Part shown: piece after piece, positions 1 through 14,449 of the stretch | Layout: every line of letters starts with the position of its first letter | Numbering within the stretch: the first letter of the stretch is position 1 | DNA from: the human T2T-CHM13v2.0 reference genome, Homo sapiens | Length of the DNA: 64,000 nt | Direction: 5' to 3' (one strand) | Assembly (NCBI RefSeq): GCF_009914755.1 | Contig: NC_060934.1 | Notes under the pieces: model-generated | Seen by the model: the letters and a program-made list of their open reading frames with translations, nothing else | Database searches by the model: none | Told to the model about the DNA's origin: nothing | Program-made: the position numbers and the translations under genes

Positions 1-48
1 ATTTATTTAGTTCCCCTAATGTTAAGGGGAAAGAAGTTAAATGATTTA

Positions 49-402
<354 letters not shown>

Positions 403-744
403 TTATCTGACACAAGGCTCAAGGCACCTTCACCATGTAAAATGTAAAGATCTTGAAGAACTCTAACTTCCGAGTTGAAAATGGTGCTTGAACAAAAGCA
501 GTGATCAAATTATTGTCTCAGTTTCCCAGAGGAAGCACAAAAGGTAAATTAAAAGGCCCTAGTTGCTCTTTCTGAGTGCTGACTGACCCAAGATAAATAT
601 GCACTTGGAGAAATAAAAGGCACTTCTGGCCCAAGAGCCTGTACACATTCAGAGTCTCCACGGGATCACTGTGCCCTCAGTCTTTGTCCCACTGTAGAAC
701 AAGGCATTCCTGATCCAAAACTTAAAATATTTTATCTGTTTTAA

Positions 745-1250
<506 letters not shown>

Positions 1251-1503
1251 GAACAGACGAGCTGTGACACTAATTTACATGAAGCTTGCTGACTTACCTT
1301 TCTGCATTTTAGTTAAAGATCTGGAAGGAAACATTTAGGAGAGAACTCTAATGTCTGGAAGCATGCCTCTGAATGGCAGAGTTAGTCTCTTTATTTGGGG
1401 TGATTTTTTACTTCTAACCTCCTTTAAACAAAGTTTGACGATTCAGTCTCAAAAAAAAAAAAATCTTTTTCAATCTGAGTTGGTCTCAGAAAGCATATGT
1501 TCC

Positions 1504-1808
1504 AGCTGGGCACGGTGGATCAAGCCTTGTAATCCCAGCACTTTGGGAGGCGGAGGCGGGCAGATCACCTGAAGTCAGGAGTTCGAGACTAGCCTGGCCA
1601 ACATAGTGAAACCCCGTCTCTACTAAAAATACAAAAATTAGCCAGGCATGGTGGCAGGCATCTGTAATCCCAGCTACTCAGGAGGCTGAGGCAGGAGAAT
1701 CACTTGAACCTGGGGGGCAAAGGTTGCAATAAGCTGAGATCACACCACTTCACTCCAGCCCGGGTGACAGAGTGAGACTCTGTCTCCTAAATAAATAAAT
1801 AAATAAAT
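1504..1808 (+). mobile_element. Alu (AluSx-like)
   Basis: Full dimer with (TAAA)n tail; TSD agcatatgttcc / agcaaatgttcc. Confidence 0.97.
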
Positions 1809-2912
1809 AGCAAATGTTCCAAAGTAAACCAGTTGACTGAAAGGTATAAATTCATCTTCCATTTGTTGGATGCCCTTTAAATTATGTGGGAAATGGAACA
1901 CATGAAATTTTTTTTGAGCTTTGTCTTTCTATTAATTTCCAAAAGTGAAAAGTTCAAGTTTAGAGAAACATTTATCTTACCATAGTACCTACCTTGAACT
2001 TTGCTGCATAGTATATACTGTTTTTATTTCTGATCGAAGCATTTGCATTTAATTACTTAAAGCATTTAAAAAGTTCAATATTTCTAATTTGAGGGTTAAT
2101 TCTACTAGCATTAGTAAGAAACATTGGGTATAAGGAAAAGGGCATATGTATTTACATAAATAAAAAGCATCTAATTAAGCCTTCAAATGACATTTTTTTT
2201 TAAGGGTAAGGTATAAAGATTAAAAAAAAAGGCTTGGTTTATTTGCATTGATTTTGCTTTTTCCCATAATTGCTGAGGTTATTATGTTCATAAAAAGGGA
2301 AGCAGTGCTAATAACTTCAGGAGGCAATTGCTCAGTGTCAGCCTGGGACATTGTGACTGTTCTCTAGCTTACTTTAAATACACATATTTGCTTTTGCAAA
2401 TATGGCGCCAGTTGATTATGGATAGTTCCTTCTTACACTGGAATCTCTGGGAGGCTCATTCCAGGAAAGGTACAAAGCTCAAGGCAGTGGAAATGCACGT
2501 TGCAGATGCACTGCGTGCCCAGTGGACAAGCACTGTCCTCAGCTTGCCCACACCCAAGCAGCCCTGGAGTGGACACACCCAGGGCTGTGAAATCAAGAAA
2601 ACTTACACCTTCAGGAGGCTTTTTACGCCACACGTGACCCATCCACTGAGGTTCATGATGGTTACTTCAGACAGAAAGCAGAGGAGGTTAAAATTATGTT
2701 TCTAATCATTTTTCCCGTCCTCTGAAAAGTTAGATGAAACGTGTAAGTTGTTATGTAAGATTTGCTAAGCACCTTATTACTCTACAGAACATTGTACAAA
2801 GTGCACTAGGCAGAAATTTTTTACAAAAAGAGCTTTCCTTTACAATGCCTCCAATGTATTTTGTTTACTGAGTAGGCCATCTCTATAGAAAAATGTAATT
2901 AGAGAGAATGAT

Positions 2913-2933
2913 TATATATATATATATATATAT
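2913..2933. repeat. (TA)n microsatellite
   Basis: About 10 TA units. Confidence 0.9.
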
Positions 2934-3976
2934 GCACGTGAGCACATCCAGGGAAATTCAGAAGTTTATCTCAAGGACTGTATCTCCATCAGAGCTACTT
3001 ATCTTATTCTATTTTCTATAAAGTGGAATGTGTTTGCATGCTTGTTTGACTTAAGACTAGGAGCCTTCAGTGAAATTGACCTGACTAACAGTTCTAGCTG
3101 GTTCTGAGGACTCAGAAAGCACACTCTCTTCTTTATAGATTTTCTCCTAACCAGTGAAATTTACAGAATGTTTTATAATTTTGGTAGCATAAGTCTTAAT
3201 TCCTGAGGCTGGTTTGCATGCATTTCAAGACCAACCTAAGTAAAATTGTTTCAGATTTCAGGATGTGTTTACTATTGATGGAATATAGATTGTCTACATT
3301 CTATATCCATTTTTGCTCTGTTACAAAGTAAAATGTCTTAATATTGAAGAAACGTGGGATTGCTAAAATGAATTCTCTCATCGGGCTATTTGTTTTGGTC
3401 AAAATAAAACTATTAAACATAAACTAAGAAAACCTATGAGCAACTTTCCTCTATTATTTCCTTGGTCAGATTCTGTTTTCTTTGTTTTCTTAATTTGGGC
3501 TGAGTCTTCGAGAAGAAAAAATAATCACCATCACTTTGTCAGTGTGCACTCTGGAATTTGTTTAAGCAAAGAGTCAGGTCACAGCAGCCAGAAACCATGC
3601 TTTTTCTGCTGAGGGATTGTATTTCCTTGAGTATGTACTGAGCTGCGTGAAGAAATCATTAAGTGACACAAGTGAACAGGAAAAGAGAAGTATTCAAAAA
3701 TTCTATGACCTCTGCTACAAAGGTGGCTGGCAGAAAACACTAGCTTTAATTGTGTGTTTTCCTCTTGCCAGTTTTTATTCAATAAAGCATTCCATGATCT
3801 TGAAGCAAAAGGTGATTGGGAAGGCAATATTTTTTTTCTAATGATGTATCAGTTTTTCTTTATTCAGAATAATCAGAAATATTTTCCTAGGTATAGTCAA
3901 ATAGTACTTATACATAAATTATTCTGTTAAGCAGAAAAAGGCGTATTAATTAGTACTGTGTGAGAAGTGGAATTGA

Positions 3977-4513
<537 letters not shown>

Positions 4514-4679
4514 TTGTTCTTGGTATTTTTAAAAAGAATATGTAATTATATCCATTACCAGCAGAGAAATGAATGGGTTTAAATAGCTTTACTGGTTTAT
4601 TTTGTTGATAGCTTTGTTCCATAACAAGAAGATAAAATAGAAAATAGCTGCCTGAAATTTTGTTTCTCTGTATTAGCAT

Positions 4680-4684
<5 letters not shown>

Positions 4685-4724
<40 letters not shown>
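4685..4724. repeat. (TG)20 microsatellite
   Basis: Pure TG run of 40 nt. Confidence 0.98.
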
Positions 4725-4727
<3 letters not shown>

Positions 4728-5349
4728 TCTTTTCTTCACCCTGTAGAAAAGCATTAATAGCACATTCTGGGTTTTGTCTACTTTTATTCTTTTTTAAGTG
4801 ACATCCAGGGTTGTGTATTTATATTTTAAACTAAGCAAATCTATTTGCTTTGGAATGGAAGCCTACAGCAGCAATGTGATTCATAATGTAACATAAGCTA
4901 AAATATTCAGCAAATAGTGTCAGATATACCTTAAAGCCAGCCTCTATCACATGTTGCTATCAATAAGAACTCTAGGAATCCCTGTTCTTAGTGCAGTGAT
5001 ATGTATATTTTAAAATTGAAAACAGAAAGCCAAATCCTAGCTGTGGGAAAGGAACCCTGAGTCTGTGGGCTATGCGGCTTCTCAGACCTTGAGACTTGGG
5101 TAATATGTCACTGCATCTTCCGAACACTGCATATTGTCTCACTGTGTATTCAGTGTGGTTTGCCCCTCATTTCTCACTGTTGCCTCCCTACATATGGAGT
5201 GTACCCCAGTTTTTGCTTACACTAGCAGAAGAGCACTATGTCTTTTGGAAACTATAGACGTAAATCCTTAGTGATGAAACCAAGACAGGAAAAAAGAATT
5301 CTAGCTTCAGTTTTTTTAAGTTTAATAATTTATTGTGTTAAGTTAGGAC

Positions 5350-5600
5350 AACACAGAGCTATTGCTTAGCAACACTGGATTAGGGAGAAAATAATTTAAG
5401 CCCCCAAATGAGAAACACTTGTAATCGAATCTGCTCTAACACTTGCTTTACCACATGGCTTAACACCCTTCTGCTCACACATGGTTAAACACGTGTTTGA
5501 ACTGATGTTTTAACACCCGTCTCGCACATCTTTATGCCCTTTGTTCACATATGCTGGAACACATGCTTTGCCACCCTTTGTGCACTCATTGTTGAACACA
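5350..5600. repeat. Degenerate ~24-bp minisatellite-like array with AACAC core
   Basis: AACAC at 5350, 5371, 5414, 5438, 5462, 5488, 5512, 5558 and 5595; longer unit cccttYtgYtcacacatggttaaacac recurs three times. Confidence 0.6.
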
Positions 5601-6047
5601 GGCAGAGTATTGTCTAGAGTCTGACTTTCCAGAGGTTCGTTGGTGAGTAGCATTCCATCTAAGATTGGTGCCTAATAAAGTCACAGCTCCTTCTGCCAGA
5701 TGATGTCCACACTTGTGTTCCTTCAGTCCACCAGAGAAGAAAATCCTCGCGGAGATGACCACAGCTGTGGTCCTCCGTAGCTACCACACCCCTGAGTAGT
5801 GGCCTGTTCAAGTGTTCCAGCAGATGGGTGTGTCGTGTCACAAAGTATTATTTTCCACCCCAGCCAATTCATTTGTATTTTCCCAAACTGCCAAGCTCTA
5901 AAGTCTTAACTCATGACCAGATGTAGAGTTGAAATGATTTCATATTCTCTTTCATCTTACTTGGTAATTTCAGCATAGATGGCAGTTACCATCACTTTAG
6001 GCAAGCTAACTACCTCCTCCTCACTCTACCTAGACCTGTCATTGGTG

Positions 6048-6240
6048 GTATCTTAGCTCAGGCTGCTATAACAGAATTCCACAGACGGTGTGGCTTAAGC
6101 AAGGGACATTTGTTTCTCACAGTTCTGGAGGTTGGGAAATTTAAGATCAAGGTGCTGGCAGATCTGCTGTCTGGTAAGGACCCATTTCCTGGTTTATAGA
6201 TGGTTGTCTGCTCATTGTATCCTCACATGGAGGAGAGCTG
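6048..6240 (-). mobile_element. MaLR LTR fragment (MLT1A-like)
   Basis: caggctgctataacagaattccacagac...tctcacagttctggaggttgggaa...tcctcacatgg matches the reverse strand of the MLT1A/MST LTR 3' part. Confidence 0.85.
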
Positions 6241-6368
6241 AGAAAAATAGTAGTTCTTAATTCAAGTTAGAATTCAATGGTGATATTAACCTAAATTTAA
6301 ACTATGGTTTATAGTTTATAAAATGTGTTTTAGCCATCTTTTTGGATCCTTGTCAGAACACTGGGAGG

Positions 6369-6972
<604 letters not shown>

Positions 6973-6982
6973 CACTCGGAGG

Positions 6983-7125
6983 TAAAACATTATCCCCATC
7001 TTACAGATAGACATGCTAAGACCCAGATATCTTAAGAACTCTGCCAAAAATTACATAGCTAGTAGGTAGTGAGATTGGATGTTACTGGTCCCTTGATACC
7101 TAAATCAGTGTTTTTCCTGCTATGT
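6983..7125 (-). mobile_element. MIR fragment
   Basis: attatccccatcttacagat...acatagctagtaggtagtgag is the reverse of the MIR core. Confidence 0.65.
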
Positions 7126-7229
7126 CACAAGGGTAAGTACTGTAAGCTGTACAAGAAAGTCCAGAAATAGCCCTTCCCATCAAAGAGCTTATTGAAAAGC
7201 AAAGATACTTACAAATGAAAAATAACTCC

Positions 7230-7440
7230 AATCTATTGAGCATGAACTATGAGCTAGTTCTCTACTAGGCACTTTCTAATCAATCATCTTTCTTGATCTT
7301 CACAACAACTCATTTGACAGGTGAGGAAACTAAGGCCTCAAATGCATAATAAACATACTCTGCATCAAAGAACTCATAAGTATCAGAGCTAGAATTTGAA
7401 TGCAAGCCCAATTCTGAATAAAACCCATACCTTTAGCCAA
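7230..7440 (-). mobile_element. MIR fragment
   Basis: tttgacaggtgaggaaactaaggc...agagctagaatttgaatgcaag. Confidence 0.7.
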
Positions 7441-9227
7441 ATTGCTCATATTGGCTTCCAAACAACAATAATAAATGAGTTCATAGACAAACCATAGCTA
7501 TTGTATAAGTCAAGTTTGGATGAAGTATATTCTTCCCCTAATCATTCCTGGTTATGGTACTTTGTGATTGATTTTTAAAAAATGTTTAACATTATGAAGT
7601 GGATAAATATAACAAGAAGTAAAAGTTACAGATATTATATGAAAGCATTTGTAAATTAAGTCCAAGTTTCATCTGTTCCACCACTTTGGTTAAATGCAAG
7701 GCCATAAAATGTGCTACCCTGGCTAAATCTTCATGGAAATTTGATTTTACAGGTAACTTGTGCTCACGATTATCAGAAGAGAGGAATCATTTCTCTTCTG
7801 TGGGTTTTAGGTTGCAAAGAGAGTTAATGGATGCTAAATTAAATTATTTGAAAATAAGTTGTATCTCATTGACTGGACCCTAAAGGGTCATTTTTGAGCA
7901 AACTATATAATGAGGGATACCCTTGAGTTTGGTGAGTCTGAATGGCATTTTTCATAATTGTATGTTAATAACTCCAGCTATTTTTGTAGCTGGCTTTAAA
8001 GATAATTTAAAGGTGACTGAAATCCTTGAACTAACTTTCCATGTTAAATTGGTTTGGACCCAGATGCAGAAACCAACAACTAGACCATTTAAACACAGAA
8101 CAAGATCAGCCAGGAATAGCAACACTTGGATGCCTGACTTGTGGATGTAAGCAGGAATTAGCGATTACTTCGAATGGCTGGAAGATCCCAGAGGGAAATT
8201 TAGGGGGGCTCTTCATTCTGTTTTGTCCTGAAAACAGAATTGCTCATACAAATATCTGGCAACATCCAAACACAGGTGCAGATTTGGAATGTATAAAGCC
8301 TCGTGTTGGTTTCTTTGTATTTTCACTGCATTTCCCTATGTTGAGGCTCAAGATCAAATGATTGTATTTTAATGTAGTATTTGCCAAATTTCCAAACCTC
8401 TAAGCACGAAATCCTCAGCCTTCATTTCTTCATTTGCTTGGAAATCTAGGTAGCACTGAGCCAAAAGCAGAAGTTATGAAGTGAGATTATACTTGATTAG
8501 GAACAAAAAAAGTCCTACATTCAGAAATGCAGATGTGCACAGCAGTCCTAGGGGAATGTTGGTATTTGATCTCTGAGTCTTAAAGGTTCATGTTCCCAAG
8601 GTTAAGAAATGCAGAGAGCCAACTTTTATTAGTAACTAATGCTGAAATTACTCTGGAGATTCTAGAAGTATTACATTACAAATCACTCAGCTTTAGAAAT
8701 CCTACATCTAGTGAGTTACAAATATCACTGTATGAGAGAAAGGGGCAGTAAGTGAAGGGTGTCATTCATAAACTTAATTTCTACTCTTGCAGCATGATCA
8801 TGGGTATACTGTGTGAGAGTTTTCATTTCAGTGAGAAAGGAAAAGGGAACATACGAAGTCCATGAGTCAGGACCCCAACTGAAAGAAGCAGGAAGCAAAG
8901 GCCTCCTTGTGTAGGTGGACTTTGGGTAGGGCTGTGGGGTGCAGCAGTCCAACCTGGGCTGCAATATCTTCCTCCTTTTCTAATACTATCTAACTTCGTG
9001 ACCTGGGGCAAGTTCCTTATTTATTGAGCAAGCCTTCCATTTTGGTGAAAGCTAAAGCCTGGGTATTCATAAAATGATATCCTTCAACAAACATGGCACC
9101 TACAGCCTTCTATGAAAAAGATACAGATAGCAGACATTTCACTTCAAGGGGAGAACCTTAATAGCACCAAATTCAGTATTAAAACCAGGATTCGTTTAAA
9201 GCATTACTATGTCACATAGTGCCCTGA

Positions 9228-9716
<489 letters not shown>

Positions 9717-9997
9717 TAACCTCAATAAATTATATTACTTTAGTAGGTACCTGGGTACTCTCTAGTATTAACTAATTGGGCCTCCTTTTTGGCTAGACCA
9801 TTCTTATTTTAAACTCAGTAGTGATCTGATTTTTTTAATCAATGACTTTAATTCCAACAACAAAGAAAAGGTGGATAAATCTGCCTTGGTTACAGTAATA
9901 AGCTGTTAAAGGCAAAATTATACTTTTTATACTTTTCACCAATAATGTCTACTACTAGATGTATTTTTTTTTCATTGTGAGATTGATTTGCCCTTGA

Positions 9998-10395
<398 letters not shown>

Positions 10396-11696
10396 TTGCT
10401 AAAATTTGGAATATGATGCATTATATATAATTAATCTACAGTATATGATTGTAAATGTATATTTTAAGTAGACAATATAAAGCAAAACATAGGAAAATGA
10501 AACATCACATATATATTATTTACATCACACCAATAAATTCATATTCAGGTTGTAACATTTGAACATTTGCTACTTCACTCATCCTCACTCATGTTATTTT
10601 TCAGATCTTAGATTTTGATAGATGCACTGTAGAGTGTAGAAATAATCATTATTTAGGTAGCTAAAAAATAGCTTGCCAAAATTAATAATGAAAGTTATTC
10701 AAGATGTTCTGTCAAAATCCTTTCCAATTAGTGTTGAGGTCTTGAAGGGCCAAGCTTAGCTTTATATTAATATGTTAGGTTTATTAATGTATTTTTTGAT
10801 ATATGCATAGTGTGACTGTCTAATACATCTCATGATATTGCATAATTATGGTACTTTTAATTTGTTATATCCCAGTCTTTTCTTCGGTCTTATTTAAAAT
10901 TCAGAATTACTTCATAGTTTCATAACTAATCACTCATTAGGAAGCTGTGCCATGTACTTGAGGTTACCTCTAAGGCAATTCGTATTAACAATAAACCAGA
11001 GAAGTTCCTGGCTACTTGACTGTCATTGACCAGTTTAAATATTTAAAGTCATCGTCTGACCCTTTGTCTAACCACTTACAGAAAATGAAATAAAGGTTGT
11101 GTACAAAATGGAAGAAAGAGAAGCCCTTTCAAATAGTCTTTTCTAAATGAAGAAAACTAGTTGTGCTGTGAGTAATCAAATTCTTAGATAACAATTATAT
11201 ATATATGACCCCACAGGGACAATATGTTATTTTCAAAATAAAGGGCCTATTTTTCTTTTTCTTTTTGCTTGTTACTTTTCACCAAGACATAGGCATTTTA
11301 GTGTGTCATTCTACAGTGGTCAAGTTCAGACTCATTGTTAATCATAATAATGATTATTTTAGATAGCTTTTGACTTTTGTCTTCTCCAAATGATGAGAAA
11401 TTGAGACTGTTTTTAATGCCTTGCTTTACCCAGATAAGTGAACATGGCTAGAAATTACAGTGTTTCAACCACTTGTTTATTGAGGTGTTTGTTATGTATA
11501 TTATTTAGATCTTGTCACACTCTCTAATTGGTAGTTGAATGGTGTTAAAATTTGATCAGCATAATGCTGTGGCTATAGTAGTGTGATTTAACTAACATTC
11601 AATCTACATGATAAAAATGATGCTAGGTCCAGTAGGGATACAAAGATGATGGTGTTATGGATACCTCTTATGAGGTAATGAGATAATGAGGGTCTA

Positions 11697-12019
11697 TTTT
11701 ATTTTTAATTTACTTATTTTTCAGAGGCAGGGTCTCGCTCTGTCGACCCAGCCTGGAGTGCAGTGGCACAATCATAGCTCACTGCAGCCTGCAATTCCTG
11801 GGCTCAAACAATCCTCCTGCCCCAGCCTCCCAAGTAGTAGGACTACAGGACTGCAGGCACGTGCCACCATGCCCGGCTAAGTTTTTAAGTTTTTTTTTTT
11901 TTTTAGAAACAGGATTTTGCCATGTTGTCTGGGCTCGTCTGAACTCCTGGCCTCAAGCAATCCTCCTGCCTCAGACTCCCAAAGTACCTGATTACAGTCA
12001 TAAGCCACTGTGCCCAGCC
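11697..12019 (-). mobile_element. Alu (AluJ-like)
   Basis: atcatagctcactgcagcct...gggctcaaacaatcctcc; TSD tctatttta. Confidence 0.95.
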
Positions 12020-12039
12020 CCTCTATTTTAGAATTTGAA

Positions 12040-12300
12040 TTGGTCAGGATTCTTAGATTCAGAGGGTTAGAATCAGTAGCTAACTTAAGCAGAAAGAGAT
12101 AAGCGCTAGAATAGCTTACAGACTCTTTGGGAAGGCCAGTGAAGCTCTTTTAGATGCTACACAGCCATGAATTTCAGCAACAGAACAGGCAGTCAGACTG
12201 TTCTGGGAGGTCTCACTGCCTCACTGTTATCCCACATGGCATCCATGATACTAGCTTCTATACTGACTCCATTATTGCTGCCAGAACTGTCCCAGAAGAA
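12040..12300 (-). mobile_element. Old MaLR LTR fragment (late MLT1-like)
   Basis: gtcaggattcttagatt...gctaacttaagcagaaagaga resembles the reverse end of old MLT1 LTRs; highly diverged. Confidence 0.4.
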
Positions 12301-12587
12301 CCAAAGGCACGCCCCTCTTCTCCCTCTACCCCTACCCCCGACACACACACATTTCTGGGAAGTGCACCCATCTCGTTCCCTGTGGCTGCCTCACACTGCT
12401 CATACCCACTTTCCACGTTTTGCCCAGGCTCCTCCAGAACCTTGGCCACATCCAGAACCTGGTAGCAAGAGACTTTTGGAAATGTCCTTCTTAGCTTTCT
12501 CACCTAGCTGTCAAAGAAAGCTGCTAAAGAGCATCAGAATCCGTGTGGACTGAGTCAATGCACAGTACTCCCAGAGATGCATAAAGG

Positions 12588-12798
12588 AGGGGTTCTCAAA
12601 TTGTATTCCAAGGAACCTTAACATTTGCCCACCCACCTAAAGGTCACCAAGGAGGAAGAAAAGGCAAAACAAACAAGACTTCATCTAGAGAAGCTAGTTC
12701 CGTGTTAATCTGGTCCTCTGTTGGGCATGTCTACGATTGTCATTTGAAAAAAAAAATTCTTTTGTCGTTGTTGTTTTTGTTAAGTTTGAAAACCACTG
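12588..12798. mobile_element. hAT-Charlie-type MER fossil
   Basis: Inverted termini ggggttctcaaatt ... aagtttgaaaaccactg. Confidence 0.5.
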
Positions 12799-13984
12799 CT
12801 AATCTACAGTTTACATTCATCAATCTTCCATCTTTTGTGTTAGGTGGACTGTCACAAATGTAGCCTAGGATTCCTTTCCGTAGCAAACCTTTTAATAGAA
12901 CATCATCATTTTCGTAGCCAATATTTGAAAATGACTACAAATCATGTGCCTCTCCCACGTCCTCAGAGAAAGTGCTGCCGACAGCCTCATTCATATTAGG
13001 GTTTTTAATGTGAAGTTGCCACCTCCTGAGAACATGTCTTTTAGTTATTTCAAAGCCTTTCCAGCATCTTCTCAGAAAACCTCAGCAGTGGAGGGCAGCC
13101 CAGTCATCATAGCCATAGGGATAAAGGGAGTGGACACGTTTAATTACTCTTCAGCTACTTTATTTCATTTGACTTCAAAAACAAAATTAGCAGTAGCAGA
13201 AGACAGTGGTTACATGGGGTTAAGTTAATCAATGTGTGCTAATTAAATAACTGTTGTGCCTATGCCATTACTGCCTGTTTCAGATGGTGGAGAGCTCTTA
13301 GTCTTACCTACTTCGGTCTCTGTACTCTCAATATTTTGCCATACAGACTAGATTAAAGGGATATAATCTCTAAATTAAGTAGGAAAGAGACAAAGCTATT
13401 ACCTGCACGCATATTGGTCCTTGTGAAAGGATTGTAGTTGGGAGCTTTTCTCTTACGGTCTCTAGAGCTTCTCCCTCCATAGCACATGTGGCCTTTCCCA
13501 CTCTGAACCATAACTGCTTTCGACTTACATGCACTCAAGAAACCTGCACTTTTGCTACCAGTGCGCTACTTCTTCGTCTTTCATGTGTTTTCAGGATGCC
13601 CTGACCTCACCCCTCCCTGTCACGCAACATCAAAACACAGACCTGCTTTGTCACCCCAGAAACAGACCAGCAGCCCAACAGTTCTTTAAAGCAGCAGCAG
13701 GTTTTTTTCATACACTCAACATGTTTATCATGTTGCTCCCACTTGCTTAAATCACCTTCAGAGTATTTAATTTTTGTTTTTTAACACAAAAAAATGTGGT
13801 GAGTTTACTGAACTCCTTGTAATTTTAAACAATAAAACCTAAACGTTTAAAAACTATTACTTTCATATTTATTATTGAATATTTTGAAAATTCAGAAAGG
13901 GTTAAAGAACAAACTAAAACTCCCTTTAAGCCTCATCCTCCATTGAACCATTGGGGGTTTTTTGTGGCGCGGGGAGGGGTTGTA

Positions 13985-14449
<465 letters not shown>

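Noticed and set aside
3617-3841. Protein-like ORF YFLEYVLSCVKKSLSDTSEQEKRSIQKFYDLCYKG
   Set aside because: Non-ATG start, no convincing splice sites and no family I recognise; tBLASTn or PhyloCSF would settle it
5350-5600. CRISPR-like repeat-spacer reading of the periodic array
   Set aside because: Conserved core is only 5 nt, the spacers resemble each other, the context is eukaryotic and there are no cas genes
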